Source: the human T2T-CHM13v2.0 reference genome, Homo sapiens. Taken from it: DNA of 64,000 nucleotides. Position 1 is the stretch's first letter. Each line of letters opens with the position of its first letter. Shown here piece by piece: positions 11,258-22,441 of the stretch. The stretch lies in assembly GCF_009914755.1 (NCBI RefSeq), contig NC_060944.1, one strand, 5' to 3'. The notes beneath the pieces were generated by a model. The model made no database searches. It was not told the DNA's origin and saw nothing but the letters and a program-made list of their open reading frames with translations. The translations under genes and the position numbers were made by a program.

Positions 11258-14200
11258 TTTTCATTCAACAAATGTTTACTTGTCCTTACTCTACCAGGCA
11301 CTGCTCTAGGGGCTGAGAAGGCATCAGTGATCAAGATAGATACAGCCCCTGACACTGTAGAATGTATCAAGACTAAAAGAAAAGATTGTGTGAAGGGTTT
11401 CTTTGAAAGTCCTATGTGTTCATTTCTGTAGGAATGATCCAGGGGCTTATAAATAAAAATAGAGACAAGTTAAAATATTTCATGATTTTAAATATGTGCC
11501 AAATATTTTAATGGTACACTCTGGCTGTGTATAGAAACTAAGAAACTAAGAGAACTGGAGGAGGTAAGGCATATGATGGGAAGAAGTTGCTGCACCAGGA
11601 AGCATAGAATAGTTCAGATCAGTGGTCAACTTCTAGAAGGTTCTGTGGTATGTAAGAGGCGATGCCTCTGCCCAGAGACAGAGCAAGTGCCTGGGGAATG
11701 TAGCTGATGAAATCATCAGAAGACCTGGCTTATGACAAAAGGGTGCATGGGAAGTTCAAGAGACTGAAGAAATTGTCAGAGTGGCAAAGCAGCAGAGAGG
11801 GGCATACATGTGTGAAATTAGGCTGTAAAAATTGGAAGTGACCAATCATGCAGGTCATCATAAGAGTTTTGGTCTTTATCCCATGTGAAATGAAGACTTA
11901 GATATGTTTTAAGTATGCCAGTTTGTGTATGTCTCTATGTGTGTTTGTAAGAGAGGAAAAAAAAGGAGGGCAATTTTTGGAAATTTCAAGTGTACTGTGG
12001 TGGCAGTGAGGTTACTGTAAGGCAGTAAACTTAAAAAAAAATGACATTAGCCTGCAATAAGTTAATGGCCTTAAAGTGAGAGAGAATAGTCAGCTTTGAG
12101 TAATGTGAAAAGATAAAATCCACAGGGCATGCAGCTGGCTGTATTTGATAGAAGGTTATAAAGGATAACTCCTAGATTTTTGGGTTTTGTAGCATATAGA
12201 TGATAGTGTCATTCCCTGCAATAGAAAACACTGAGGGTAGAGTCAATTTGTTGGAGAGGAGGACAATTAACTTTATTTTGAAACTACTAAATATGAGGTG
12301 CTTTAGTGATATCCAAACGGTGATATCAAAGAGGCAGATGAATGGATGGGTTTGGGGCTCACAGGCAGTCTGTGATAGAGACACTAATTCATGAGTCGTC
12401 TGTAGTGAGGTGACAATTGAAGCCATTGGCCCAGATGGGATCTTTTTGCTTAACTGTAGAGTATAAGAAGAGGGCGTAGGAACAAACCTTGCGAAATAAC
12501 ATTTCTTGGCCAACTAATGAGATTAAATTTGAAGTGAAGATAAAATAGAAGTAAACGAAGATGTAGGGGGAAAACCAAAACAGTCTTGTGACATGGAAAC
12601 AAAGAGAAAAGAGCATTTTAAGCATCAGCAAGTAGTCTATAGTGCGAAGTAATTCTTACAGGTAAAATAAAATGAGAATTGAAAAACGTTTAATCTAGGG
12701 GTCACTGGCAACCCAAGGTAACTCTTTTACATAGAAGGAAGGGGCTAAGGGCCAGGTAGAAATCAGTTGAGGGGAAAATATATCATGTTAAAAAGGAAAG
12801 GCTGAACACACATGAAATAGAAAGGATCATGGTAAGAAGAAATTGGACCTAAAGCGTAGGTTCCATGGACAGCAAAAGTTAGCTCTCTACTGACATTTGA
12901 GAGACAAAGGAGAGGGTAATGTGGATGGATGCTGAAAAGTTTGCCAAATTCACAGAAGTGAGTTGAGGGAGTTAGCATTATATGGCCTCCATTATCTCTC
13001 TAAAGCATTTGGCTATTTTTTGAGGGTGAAAATATTAAATTGCATTGGGAATTAGAGCAGAAGTAAAACAGAGAAATCAGGCAGGAGTTTTGTATTAGCT
13101 GCCTATTGCTACAGCAGTGCTGCATAACAAACCAACCCAAAGTGAGTGACTCAAAACACTAGGCTTTTCTTTAATTTGTGTTTCTGTGAATTAGCTTCAT
13201 AATGCTTCTGGAGTTGTCTGAGATTTATCACATATTTTGAGGCTGGTTGGCTGTCACTGAAATAGGCTGGCTTCATTGGGTTACCTGAGATAAATGACTC
13301 CTTTCATCTCTAGCAGGCCAGTCCAAGAAGTTGTCATGGTCAAGGCAGAGATGCAATAGCAGAAGTGGGAAGGTGCAAGCATATTTTCAAGCATATGTAT
13401 GCATTATATTTACTAATATTCTAATTCTATTGGCCAAACCAAATCACATACCCATATTCAGGATCAAAGAATGGGGAAGGAGATTCTTCTCTGCAGTGGG
13501 AGAAACAACAAAGTCACGTGGCAAGGGGACATGAATACAGCGAAGGACACGGAATTGAGACCCTTAATGCAATCAATCTACAAGTCACCAATAGTATTAA
13601 GAGCACATTCGCAATAATTTAACTTCATTGGATAGTGGAATCCAACAGCTCTATTGTGTGGATTTCTCCAGCAACATTTGATTGCTTAAGTAGAACACCA
13701 AAAAGATGTTTTAAACTATATGTGGGAATTGCTAGAATGTATGAAGAAAGTGCAGAAAGACAGATAAGCAAGACCATGTTAGATATAAGTAAGGCTGTTA
13801 TTGATGTAAAGCCATTTTAAAGTATCCACTGGCTAATGAGTCAAGTGAAGTTGTGGGAGAATGGAAAAAGCGGGGCTTGTGAAGCCAAAAGTTACTCATA
13901 GTGAAAATAGTTTAAAACATAATATTGAAAAAGAGGGGGTTGAAGTCAGGAAGAGGGTGCTTGAAGTTTTCAGATAGAACAATTTTATGAGATAACAAGG
14001 TCTAAGAAGTGGCAGTTTTGAGTAGGGAGCTGAGGTAAAGCTAGTAAAAGGGGAAGGCAAAGGAAATGCAGTCAGGGAAGAGGAGAGTGTTGAGTCATTT
14101 TGGTAATAAATGAAACGATGAAAAATCTAAGTCTAGTGCTGGATGTGCGAGAGGCAGTAACCAGGAGTTCAGCAGATAAGTGTGGGGAAAGGGAAATATA

Positions 14201-14300
14201 ATATAACCAAACAACACAGGATGCAAGAGCTGCATTTTATGGTCTGATTGATATAGCTGTTGTTATTGGGGAGAAGGGTTAATGAACTAGATGCAGCGAA
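11258..14300 (-). mobile_element. Fragmented L2 LINE (L2a/b-like), interrupted by an MLT1 LTR
   Basis: 3' end ttcattcaacaaatgtttact...ccaggcactgctctagggg; purine-rich antisense body (gaggtgctttagtgatatccaaacgg...aattgaagccattgg). Confidence 0.7.
13091..13581 (-). mobile_element. Old MLT1 (MLT1I/J-like) MaLR LTR
   Basis: tgtattagctgcctattgct...gcataacaaaccaacccaaa; ctattggccaaaccaaatcacat; ends gcaatcaatctaca. Confidence 0.75.
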
Positions 14301-14667
14301 GGGAAGCAAAGATGCCATCAAGATTTTCTCTCAACCTTGAAACATATGGGCTATTATACAAACAAACAACCAACAAACTCTGGGTTGTAAGAAAGGCAAG
14401 ATGGAGGAAGCTACAACTTTTCTTTGTTGAGAATACATACAGTTTTGGAATGAGTAGCGATGCCATGTTGTATAAAGTTGCCTAGCCAAACTGAGTACAG
14501 ATGTTCCAGAATAGGACAGAGAATGACAAAGTTGGGAAAGGAAATGTGTTAAGGAACAAAATGGTAGGAGAAGGCAACAGAGCAACATTCACCCTTCCTC
14601 TCTGTCATCTCAGTGGTTCACTGGCAAGAGGCCAATGACTCCTGACAGTAACTCCATCTCTGTCCTG

Positions 14668-14768
14668 TTCACTTTCCCCACATTTATCTGCTAAACTCCT
14701 AGTTACTCCTCCTCACACATCAAGCATTATGATACTGAGCTTATATTTTTCATCTTTTAATTTACTAC
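14668..14768 (-). repeat. Inverted copy of 14103-14195
   Basis: Reverse complement ...agtaactaggagtttagcagataaatgtggggaaagtgaa matches ...agtaaccaggagttcagcagataagtgtggggaaagggaa. Confidence 0.8.
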
Positions 14769-15559
14769 ATCTTTTCTCTCCTGGGAAGGACAGAAACCAT
14801 TCTCACACTTGGTGAACTCAGAGTCCTTGAAGGAAAATAATAAAAAATTGTGGAGAGAATGAGAGGTTGCACATGGAGATTACACAGGGATAACATTGTT
14901 ATTTACTTTCTTTTTCATATGAGAGAAAAAAAGAGAAAACATATAAGAAAAAACATGAAACTAAATATGGCATATATTTATCCTTTTAAATATAACATGA
15001 GTGTTAGGAATTATAACTTATTACATTAATGTGTCTAGAATATAATTGAAGGAACTAATTGAAGTAAAAATTAAACAGTATGTGATATTGCACAAAACTT
15101 GAATTCACGTCCCAGTTTTGTCTGGCTCATGATCATGTCTGTCCTGGTAGGGGCATTGTAAATGCTTAATTCATACATTTGGGAAAAAATGAATAAATTG
15201 TTGTATCTTGGAAAAGTATACCAAAAAAAAGTATTTATGATGCTGAGTTTTTCTCTTCCTATTCTCCTGATTAATTTCTATCCATTCTCAGTATTAAACA
15301 ACCTAGGAGATATGGACTTGGTATACAGTAGATGCTAGGAAATGATCTTTGGAATCTAAATTTGCTTATGTGAAGTTGGAGGTGTCAATAAAACCTATTT
15401 AGTTATTATTCAAAGTTCTTTTGCTGTCTTCTACTCATACTTGCCCATTAACTCAAGCCTTGCATGTTAGCAAACATTAATGATTTTTCTTGTAGGGCTG
15501 ACCTATCATATTTACACACCCACACTCTCTGAGGTAATCTTGAGCCAGGCTCCTTCTGA

Positions 15560-15870
15560 TTATATTTCGCTTTTTCATGCTGTTGTCCCAGAAGACGTTG
15601 ACGTCATCCAGAGACACAGTAGCGCCGTCCGTCTTCAGAGGTTCAATTCATTCTACCATCCAGAAATTCTGCCGACAAGGCGGCCAGTGTTAGAAATTAA
15701 GCTTGTGACACGCAGGACATGGTGGAGTGCAAACATTGGTCAGTGCTTCCTCTCTCAGCCACAGAGGAAAGCCACACTGATTGGTATTCAGGAAGGGGAC
15801 CTCCTGTTTCGAAGGATTCCTTCATGCTGTTCAGCAATGCTGTTTAGGGTGGATTTTCCCATTTGAACGG
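15560..15870. promoter_or_regulatory. Candidate promoter/enhancer: CpG-retaining unique DNA with a full CRE and two ATTGG (CCAAT) boxes
   Basis: TGACGTCA at 15599-15606; CTGATTGG at 15777-15784; ATTGG at ~15735; 9 CpG in 15568-15712 in an otherwise CpG-depleted window. Confidence 0.45.
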
Positions 15871-16546
15871 CAAAGCTTAAACACAAATATTAACTACCTG
15901 AAGCTGCAAATAGCAGCATAGTACATTAAAAAAATAATGAATATGTTAACCAGCCTCTACCCAACCAAGAAAAATATTACGCAGAGACAAGGCTGATTTT
16001 AGAAAAATGCCCAAGGAAACATTAATAAAAAAGTTGAGTTTCCTTTCAAAGTTTGTTTTTGCTAAACATTCATAGTTTTGCCTTTTCCAATCCAATTTTA
16101 TTATAAGAAAGATCTCCCACATGTGTACCTGGCATTCCTTTTAAAATAATCAGTAATACGCACACACAAAAAATGGAAATAGTGGGTGAGTTCTTAAGTG
16201 TGACAGAAAGAAACGGCAAGATATGTTACAAAGAAGAGAGACACTTCTTTGAATGCACATAAGTTTGTAGCCTCTTTAGTTATAAGCAGAATTTCATGTC
16301 CTTATTATTTTGACTATTTACATTTTGATATTGTTCATTTGGAAAATCCAAGCCTATCTGATTCTTAACTGCAAGGTTTCTTCCCATGAAATCACTGAAG
16401 GTGCAACATTGCTTGTAGTCAGTAGAAGACTGAAATTTTATGGCTATAATTCCAGGTTAGGGCAACAGATGGACATTCTATCACCTGTTGGATAGCTTCT
16501 TTGGTATTTATTTCTGTCCTTGGTGAAGATTAAAACTAAATTATTG

Positions 16547-16836
16547 GGCTTGAAGAGGCAGTTCACACCTGTAATCCCAGCATTTTGGGAGGCCATGGCT
16601 GGAAGATCATTTGAGCCCAGGAGTTGGAGACCAGCCTGGGCAACATAGAAGATCCCTATTTCTCTAAAAAAAAGTCTAGGTATGGTGGCACATGCCTGCA
16701 GACCCAACTACTCAGGAGGCTGAGGTGGGAGGATCACTTGAGCCCAGAAGTCAAGGCTGCAATCAACCATGATCATGCCACTGCACTTCAGTCTGCATGA
16801 CAGGGTGAGACCCTCTCTCTCTCTAAAGAAAAGAGA
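16547..16836 (+). mobile_element. AluJ (Jo/Jr-like)
   Basis: Dimeric Alu with ggatcacttgagcccag..gtcaaggctgca; degenerate TSD aaaactaaattatt / aaaacctaaatgatt. Confidence 0.95.
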
Positions 16837-16967
16837 AAACCTAAATGATTAAAACATTCTGTTCAATAATTCTCATTCTCAACTGGTAAAATAGGAATTT
16901 TACACTAAACTTAGCGAATAACAAAATGCTTTTGGTGCACTTTCTTTGTTCAGGGCTCTTTTTCTCA

Positions 16968-17130
16968 ACACTTATGTCATTACTTCCTCATAACAAGCCT
17001 GTAAAGTTGGTATTAATATTAATCCATTTTCCAGATGAGGAAACTGAGGCACACAGAGATGAAAAACTGTCCAGGTGGTTGAGCCAGAATTGAAATGTTG
17101 GCTGTCTTCATCTGGAGCCCACACTTTCTA
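16968..17130 (-). mobile_element. MIR SINE
   Basis: ccattttccagatgaggaaactgaggcac core. Confidence 0.85.
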
Positions 17131-18469
17131 CCTTCCTGTTGTGTTGTAAGTTAAACTCAGGTTGAAATTGGCTAACTTCGCTTTGCCTGGTTTCCTGTTA
17201 ATCCACTGTCATTTAATGTTGGTTTTTGTTGATTTGTTTTGTTGTTTTTGTTTAGTTTTGTCTAATTTGTGGCTTATAAATCTTTTCTGTAATAATGACA
17301 GTAAAACATGGGGCAGGGCACCTGGGTTCTAGTCACAGCCTAGCTACTAACTTCAAACAAGTTTGGATGTTGCATAAACTCAGTTTCCTTTCTATAAAGC
17401 AGATAAAATGAGAGAGCATAACTTTCTGTCTCATAAGGTTTTATCCTCCAAATCTACTGTGCTAACAAATTAAAAATGTTATCATAGATGCTTTTTCACT
17501 AAGCCAAAGGGATGCACCAAGCTGAAGTTTATGGAATTCAGTTTGACAACTTGTATATTAAACTTCTAAATTATTTTTCTGAAGAGGATGTTGAAACTAA
17601 TGGAGAAAGGAAGGTTTAAGCTTGTTGATGAATTTTTATTCATCCATTTACTCCACTTCAAGAGTTAGTCAAGAATGAGTTGTGACATGTATTTGAAACA
17701 ATTAAGAACAATGACTGACCACCTAGGTTTCTGTAATATCGAAAATGTGGGAATATCTACAAGGACAAATGGATGGTGAAGTAAATTTTGGATGCCAAGT
17801 GATACCTTGTGTCACTCTTCCAGGACTGCTGAAACTATTTCTAGGAAACCACACACAGGCACATGCCACAGTTGAAAGGGTCATCATAATATTTGTGCGT
17901 TCTTAGCATAAATTAATTTTGAAGACTATTTTAAGACAATTTGTTATTTTCAAACATTTATTTGGAAATCTATTTATTCTCACCCACATAGGAATATTTA
18001 TCGACATCCCTAAGCTTCCATTTTAGTTACTTCCTTGTATAGTATTCTTCTGACTTGAATCTTGGATCAAATTCCTCAGTTTTTACATTGTTTAAAATAA
18101 GTTATCCTGCCATCCTTCTCTCCCAAGCTAGTGGTATCCTATAATCTATGAAAATGCACTGAAAATGAAGGAAAACCTTCAGTTAAACATTCTACCTTAT
18201 TTTCTGAAAGGGATAATTCCTCCCTTTTATCTTTTAGCACAGTCTTTTGAAAGGATGTGGTCTTCATGGCTGGAAAGCCAGGATAGTTTTTGTGTGGTTT
18301 TTGATAAATTGAGGCCCATCAATTTGAATCACTAGACACTGTGCTTGTGGTTTTAGCACTTTCTTTTCTCTGGGACATCCTGCCCCCTACCATCCTTAAT
18401 AACTCAGCTTTTCTGTTACCTCGTTTGATGACTGGTGGAGATGGTGGAGCAGCAGGAACCACCATAGTA

Positions 18470-19035
18470 CATTCAATGAATTATTTAGTGAATCATCCTA
18501 TAAATATTTAGTGAGCACCTTCTCTACGCAGGAATGGTTTTAAGTACTAAGGCTGTTACAGTCAAATGCCAACTCTGTACTCCTGCTCACACAGTGGTGA
18601 CATTCTAGGAATATTGAAGAGAGAAACCAAAAATCAATTATCTATATTAATATTTGTCTAAATGAATACATATACCAATGAATAAGCTAATATTAAATTA
18701 TGATATAAAATAGAAGTAATAAGATGTAATAGAGGTGTATGGGCTAAGAGAGGGATATGTTGGTGTAGTCAGGCTTCTGAGAGATGGCTTTTGAAGGGAT
18801 ACCATAGTTAGGAGAACAGCAAGCCACCTGAAGAACATTTTAGACAGAGGGAACAGCACACACAAATGCTGTGAGATGACAGCTACTGAGAATGTTGAGT
18901 AATAAAAAGAAGATAAAGTGAGAAAGATGGAAATTATACAGGATGAGGTCTGAGAGGTAGAAGAGGACCATTTCATATATGCCTTTATAGATCATGGAAA
19001 GGGCTATGTATTTTGTTCTAAGTACGATGGTGTAA
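18470..19035 (-). mobile_element. L2 3' region
   Basis: aaatatttagtgagcacct...; agacagagggaacagcacacacaaatgc; gatgaggtctgagaggtag. Confidence 0.7.
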
Positions 19036-19037
19036 AA

Positions 19038-19215
19038 CAATGATTCTCAAAGTTTTGTGTGGATTAGAATTACATGAGTGACTTGCTAAGACCTAAGTTA
19101 TTGGGTCCATCACTGGAGTTTCTGACTGAGTGCTTCTAGGGTAGAGCAAGAATTTTCATTTCCAACAGATGATGCTGACACTCCTGGTATAGGAAAAACA
19201 GTTTGAGAACCATTG
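19038..19215. mobile_element. MER5A hAT-Charlie MITE
   Basis: Terminal inverted repeats caatgattctcaaa / tttgagaaccattg; ~180 bp. Confidence 0.85.
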
Positions 19216-21399
19216 CTGTAGTCAATAGCTGTTATGTGTACCTACTCAGAATAGATTTCACCAAAATCGTACAAGTGAATCTTGATTTTCTTATGCAAAA
19301 TGTCTCTTCTGTATTCTTAGCCCCAGCAATGTATTTTATTACCTTGGACACAATGAGTTATTCAATGATGGACATAAGACTTTTGTCAGTCAATTGAAAT
19401 CCAATCCAGGAAAACTCTAGAAACTGTTGGAAAATGAAAGTTCTTAAGCTACCAGACAAGAAGCTCACAGTCAATACATAGGGAAATTCTCTCCAAAAGC
19501 TAAGTCAATGCAGATGAGCGCTGAGCTGAAAGATGACAAGAGACTGAGCTCTGGTACCTTCCGTTTATACCCCTGGAGGTAGTCATGCCTAGGTCAATTA
19601 TACTTCTCTGATTTCTATTTCCATCACTAATCTTCCCGTCTTATGGTTTAGGAAATTTCTCTTTGGGTTCTGAAACAACTCAAAATATAAATACAAATAA
19701 AAAGCTATAGTAGATATACCACTTTTACAAACTTAGATGCACCTTGCTTCATCACCAAGAACCAGATAAGTGAGTTTACATTGCTAAATACTACTCTGTA
19801 CATTTATAAAATAAATAGGCTTCATATAGGCAAACAAGATATTTCAAAATAGAAAATCTCAAGCAAATAGGAGAATGAACTAGTTAGCCAAATTAACACA
19901 GGCATTTGAAAATGTGCTAAATAGCACTTGGTGACACTATATTATTGCTAGCAGCATTGTTACCTGACTATTATCTATAATATGACCCCTAAATAAAATT
20001 TGTAATTGTATTCTTCTGTCCTTTTATGTGGAAACCTCACATCCTCTACAAGTTGGTGCATGTTTTCCATTATAATTATACAAAGCAGTTTCTCATCATT
20101 TAGCTTCTGTCTAAATGTGATCTGTTCAAATAGCCTTTCTTGACTGTTCTATTTCAACTGTCATCTCCCTCCTCAAGATGAAGTCTATCAAGCCATCATA
20201 TTTCGTTACTTTCTGAGAAAACATTTTCTCAGATTATTTTGTTTGGTTATTTTTTATCTCTTAGAATATAAACTATATGAAAGCAGTGGTGTATTCTCTT
20301 ATCATTAACATTCTGTCACCCAATTGATATTTTTAGAATAGAAAAATGAATAAATTGTACACTTTTGCCTTTCCTTAAATACATTTTAAAAATTTGAGTG
20401 TTTCTTTTCTATATTTGTATCTATACCTTTGGAACAATTTTAGGTCAAATTTCATTTTAGTCACAAATCTTCTCTGGCTACCATCACCCAAAGCAAGTTC
20501 ACTTGCTTCTGAGCATAAGAACTAACCTGATAATATGAAAATTATCTTGTCCCTACTTGTGTTGAGCTTTTCTGTGTGCAAACTTCTCTTCCTTATCAGA
20601 CCTTCCTGAAGCAATGCCAGTATTTTTTATTTGTATTTCCACTTTATCAATATTGCTTTGCATAGAGCACAGACATACAAATATTTGTTGACTGCATGAA
20701 TAGATGGATGCATATTTAAGGGCCAAAATGCCCATAGTCATTTAAAACTCTTGTATTCTCCAAATAGATATTTTCTTATTATATATAGTCTTAAAGACTG
20801 TGAACTATGCTGTAAGTGAAAAATCTTAATTTCTGATATTATATTGACTATTCATAGAAACTGTACAATATTTATAGAAATAATCAAAGCAGATATTCAT
20901 AGAACTCATGAAATAAACAGGTGAATAAGTAAAAATTAAAGTATTTAGTAAGATGATGAGTGGGAAAATATGGGGACTGCCTGTAATTTTTTATTTCTGC
21001 ATCAGCTTTATGATTCCAACATGCTGCCACTGACCCGTTGGCCATAAGTGACTCAAAGTGTTTTCCTGCATGAGTGCAGGATTTGTGCCAGCCTCTCCAT
21101 GCCTCCTCCCTTGTCCAACCTCATGACCCCTTCAGCATGGACTTCTAGGACAAGGTGTGGACTTTGGCAGACCTAAAATGTTTCGGAAAGGAAGCTGGTG
21201 CTTTGGGGGCAGTGGTAAGTCTGTTTTTAGACATGTTATTTCTGAAGTAGCAGCAGGGTACTGAGCATGACATCTATATATATGGAGTTGTATGTAGTTA
21301 GAAATATGGCATTGCAGATATGAGAGAAAGATAACATCGTTGGTCTTAGAATTTGAGAGTCATAAGCATATAGTCTTAAAGAAAATGTGGATGAATGCA

Positions 21400-21587
21400 A
21401 AACACAAGTTAGTGGTGATCTCTGGGGAGAGACAACGGCTGATGGTGTTACATGTGGGGAGGATAATTGAGGGATAATCTTCAAAGTCATTGGTAATCTT
21501 CCGTAATCTGGTTGATATGTTTTATTATTTTTTCAAAAATCACATATATATGTTATATATGAATGCTATATATCTCACAATAAAAAG
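21400..21587 (+). mobile_element. Old L1M 3' end fragment
   Basis: ttagtggtgatctctgggga...tatatctcacaataaaaag. Confidence 0.5.
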
Positions 21588-21947
21588 ATTTACAAGTATG
21601 GCTGCCTTTCAAAATAAAAATGTGCAATGGCAAAAAGCAAATATTTAATGCTTCAAATATCTTAGTTAATTTCCTAAAATGTGATTACTTGAAGCACTTA
21701 GTTGGAATAACTCAAGTGCGTACAACAATTTGCCTCAGCTTCTAGCTATTTCAGGGACACTCTTGGATGTAAATGAACTCATGATATTTTTATCAATTCT
21801 GTTTACTCTTGTGTGAACAACCATGACTATTTTCTCCTCACACTGAAGGCTCCTCCTCTGTAAAAGATGATTTCCAAACATCTACAACAAAAAGAATGGA
21901 GAAATTTGTCCCCAAATTGAATCCTACATTAATGAATGCATGACATA

Positions 21948-22441
21948 TGTACCAGTTACTTGTTGACATAATGATGTTTCATTACAAACCACCCTGACAT
22001 TTATTGCCTTAAACATATCATGTATTTGCAGGTTGTCTGGGAGACTCTTAAAGTCTTGAGTGGGCCCTTCCTGCACCTGCAGTCTGCTGCAGATGAGCTA
22101 GGGGGCTCTGCTGATCTTAGCTAGGGTCTCCTATGTCTGGGATACTCTGTCAGCTTGTCTAGGACCTCCGCTGGAAAACTTGGACAATTCTTCTCTGCCT
22201 TACTTGTCCCATCCACTGAGCATTTTCTCATGCCAAAGTTAGAAGAGTAAATTAGAAAAAAGACACATTCAAGGACTTTTCAGGAGTTTCCAGACTCTGT
22301 TGACACCATATTTGTTCATAATTGGGCAAAACAAGAATCAGGGGATAGAACAAAATGCTGTCCAGAGTGGGAGGGCGCTGCACATTATGGGGCAAAGAGA
22401 GAGGAGGAGAGTGGGGCCATTGATGCAGCTCATCTACCACC
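21948..22441 (-). mobile_element. Old MLT1 MaLR LTR (MLT1H/I/J-like)
   Basis: tgtaccagttact...acaaaccaccc...; ends ggggccattgatgcagctcatctaccac. Confidence 0.65.
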
